NCBI GenBank assembly: GCA_963762465.1
Contig: CAVXKS010000011.1
Span: forward strand, 370,356 to 434,355
Direction of reading: 5' to 3'
DNA from: an uncultured Acidobacteriaceae bacterium
GTDB taxonomy: Bacteria > Acidobacteriota > Terriglobia > Terriglobales > Acidobacteriaceae
DNA length: 64,000 nt
The notes under the pieces were generated by a model. That model saw only the letters and a program-made list of their open reading frames with translations. It had not been told where the DNA came from and made no database searches. Numbering within the stretch: position 1 is the first letter of the stretch; each line of letters opens with the position of its first letter. Shown one piece after another: positions 62,308-64,000 of the stretch. Position numbers and translations under genes: made by a program.

Positions 62308-63084
62308 ATGCGAAATTTGCTTGCGGCAATTCCGTTCAGCCTCTGTGCGGTTCTTGGCTACGCCCAGGCGGCGGACAAAGACGCAGCGCTGCTCAGTCAG
62401 GCGCGTGCCGCGTACGACGCTCCCTTCGACCGAGGCCTCAAGTCCTTCGACTGCGCCGTGGACTTCAACTGGAAGCAGCATTGGGCGGATACCTATCGCG
62501 TCGGGGACGAAGGAACGGATGACGAAATCGAAACGTACATCCAGCCTATTCGCAACCGCGTTACCGTCACGCGCGAGGACGCCGTCGTGTCCTCCGGCAT
62601 GACGGAAGAGCAGGAGCACAAACTTCCTCGCGGAGGGATGGCCGAAGGTCTCCTCGAGCACGCAGTCCGATTCAGCCTCCGTACCTGGCTGGTCGCAAGC
62701 AACAACGCGTTGCTCCCGCCGACGGGCACACCTGTCCACTTCGAACCTTTGGCTTTCGGCTATAACCTCGAACTCAAGATCAAGACCTTCGACGTCGTGA
62801 TGATGCTCACGCGCGACATGAGCCTGCAGAGCATGGCAGTTAAAGGCTCCGATGCCGACCGCCAGGAGTTGGGCTTCCATCCGGGGCCGCAGGGACTTCT
62901 TTTGGGCTCGTGGACCATGGGTGAGGATGGAAATTTCAAGCCCGGCAATCGCCTCATCTTCACGTACACCTACCAGGTTGTCGACGGCTTCGAAATCCCT
63001 GCGCACATGGTCCTAACCCGGGAAAGTCACCATGAGGTCTGGCGCTACACGCTCACCGACTGCAAAGTGACGGCCGAAAAATAA
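62308..63084 (+). CDS. hypothetical secreted protein (lower GC)
   Basis: Signal peptide MRNLLAAIPFSLCAVLGYAQA; beta-rich remainder. Confidence 0.6.
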   Translation: MRNLLAAIPFSLCAVLGYAQAADKDAALLSQARAAYDAPFDRGLKSFDCAVDFNWKQHWADTYRVGDEGTDDEIETYIQPIRNRVTVTREDAVVSSGMTEEQEHKLPRGGMAEGLLEHAVRFSLRTWLVASNNALLPPTGTPVHFEPLAFGYNLELKIKTFDVVMMLTRDMSLQSMAVKGSDADRQELGFHPGPQGLLLGSWTMGEDGNFKPGNRLIFTYTYQVVDGFEIPAHMVLTRESHHEVWRYTLTDCKVTAEK

Positions 63085-63159
63085 ACTGCGGCGGCTCCCC
63101 CGACCGAGAGGGGCGCACGGCGAATCCCGGCTCCCCGCGCCACATCTATACTTGTATCT

Positions 63160-64000
63160 ATGCCGCAAAACGCGCTTCCGACCACACTGGGCCAGCTTCG
63201 CAAATCTCCTGACTTCACCCCCGAGCGCGTCTCGCGCTCCGTCAAGGACGAGCTCCGCGACAATCTCATCGCGCGTCTGCGGCAGATCGCGCCCGGCGGC
63301 CCACGCGAAGGCGAAAGCCTCTTCCCCGGCATCGTCGGCTACGACGACACGGTCATCCCGCAGGTCGTCAACGCCATCCTCTCGCGCCACAACTTCATCC
63401 TGCTCGGCCTGCGCGGCCAGGCCAAGTCCCGCATCCTGCGCGCGCTCACCACGCTGCTCGACCCCTACGCGCCCTACGTCGCCGGCTCCGAGCTCCGCGA
63501 CAACCCCTACGCTCCGCTGAGCAAATTTTCGCGCGACCTCATCGCCTCGCTCGGCGACGACACGCCCATCGCCTGGATGACGCCCATCGAGCGCTACGTC
63601 GAAAAGCTCGCCACGCCCGACGTCACCGTCGCCGACCTCATCGGCGATGTCGACCCCATCAAGGCCGCGCGCTCCGGCCACGAGCTCGGCTCCGAGCTCA
63701 CCATGCACTACGGCCTGCTGCCCCGCGCCAACCGCGGCATCTTCGCCATCAACGAGCTCCCCGATCTCGCGGGCAAAATCCAGGTCGCGCTCTTCAACAT
63801 CATGCAGGAAGGCGACGTCCAGATTAAGGGCTACCCCATCCGCCTCGAGCTCGACGTCGCCATCGTCTTCTCCGCCAACCCCGAGGACTACACGGCGCGC
63901 GGCAAAATCGTCACCCCGCTCAAAGACCGCATCGGCAGCGAGATTCGCACCCACTACCCCGAGTCGCTCGACGAAGCCATCACCATCACCGAGCAGGAAG
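63160..64000 (+). CDS. magnesium-chelatase-like/MoxR-like AAA+ ATPase (3' end outside window)
   Basis: [14 protein letters not shown]..., GLRGQAKSR Walker A variant, [24 protein letters not shown]. Open to the window end, so absent from the ORF track. Confidence 0.85.
   Translation, partial: MPQNALPTTLGQLRKSPDFTPERVSRSVKDELRDNLIARLRQIAPGGPREGESLFPGIVGYDDTVIPQVVNAILSRHNFILLGLRGQAKSRILRALTTLLDPYAPYVAGSELRDNPYAPLSKFSRDLIASLGDDTPIAWMTPIERYVEKLATPDVTVADLIGDVDPIKAARSGHELGSELTMHYGLLPRANRGIFAINELPDLAGKIQVALFNIMQEGDVQIKGYPIRLELDVAIVFSANPEDYTARGKIVTPLKDRIGSEIRTHYPESLDEAITITEQE

Overview
64 kb of a GC-rich bacterial chromosome. The gene families (TIGR03435-like protein, carboxypeptidase-regulatory-domain proteins, HTH-TOBE regulator) point to Acidobacteriota, probably Terriglobales; this is an inference. 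Content is mostly housekeeping: part of a leucine-catabolism cluster (MCC beta, hydratase, HMG-CoA lyase), cyaY, pncA, uppS, nrdR, an IDH-family enzyme, a split lysine/DAP pathway (asd-lysC-dapB ... dapA-dapD), rnj, an OPT transporter, tRNA-Thr(CGT), an amidase, alaS, recX, a thiolase, rsmE and hrcA-grpE-dnaJ. I found no CRISPR array, integrase or transposase. Indels cluster at about 45.4-50 kb and 61.1-61.7 kb and even break alaS, so they are most likely read or assembly errors. The best leads are outside the ORF track: (1) two candidate sRNAs, each with its own promoter and terminator (39.48-39.56 kb with two anti-SD GCCUCC motifs; 55.38-55.50 kb with three AGGCAA motifs), which share 9 nt of perfect complementarity; (2) an HTH-TOBE regulator divergent from a beta-barrel gene whose promoter is covered by a ModE-like palindrome; (3) 7/8-mer tandem repeats at gene junctions and in frame inside AlaS, RsmE and the amidase; (4) a 112-bp MITE-like element just before rnj; (5) many apparently leaderless genes; (6) an M23 protein that has lost its zinc ligands; (7) four DUF3592-like paralogs in 4.6 kb. 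All calls come from reading the sequence; no searches were run.
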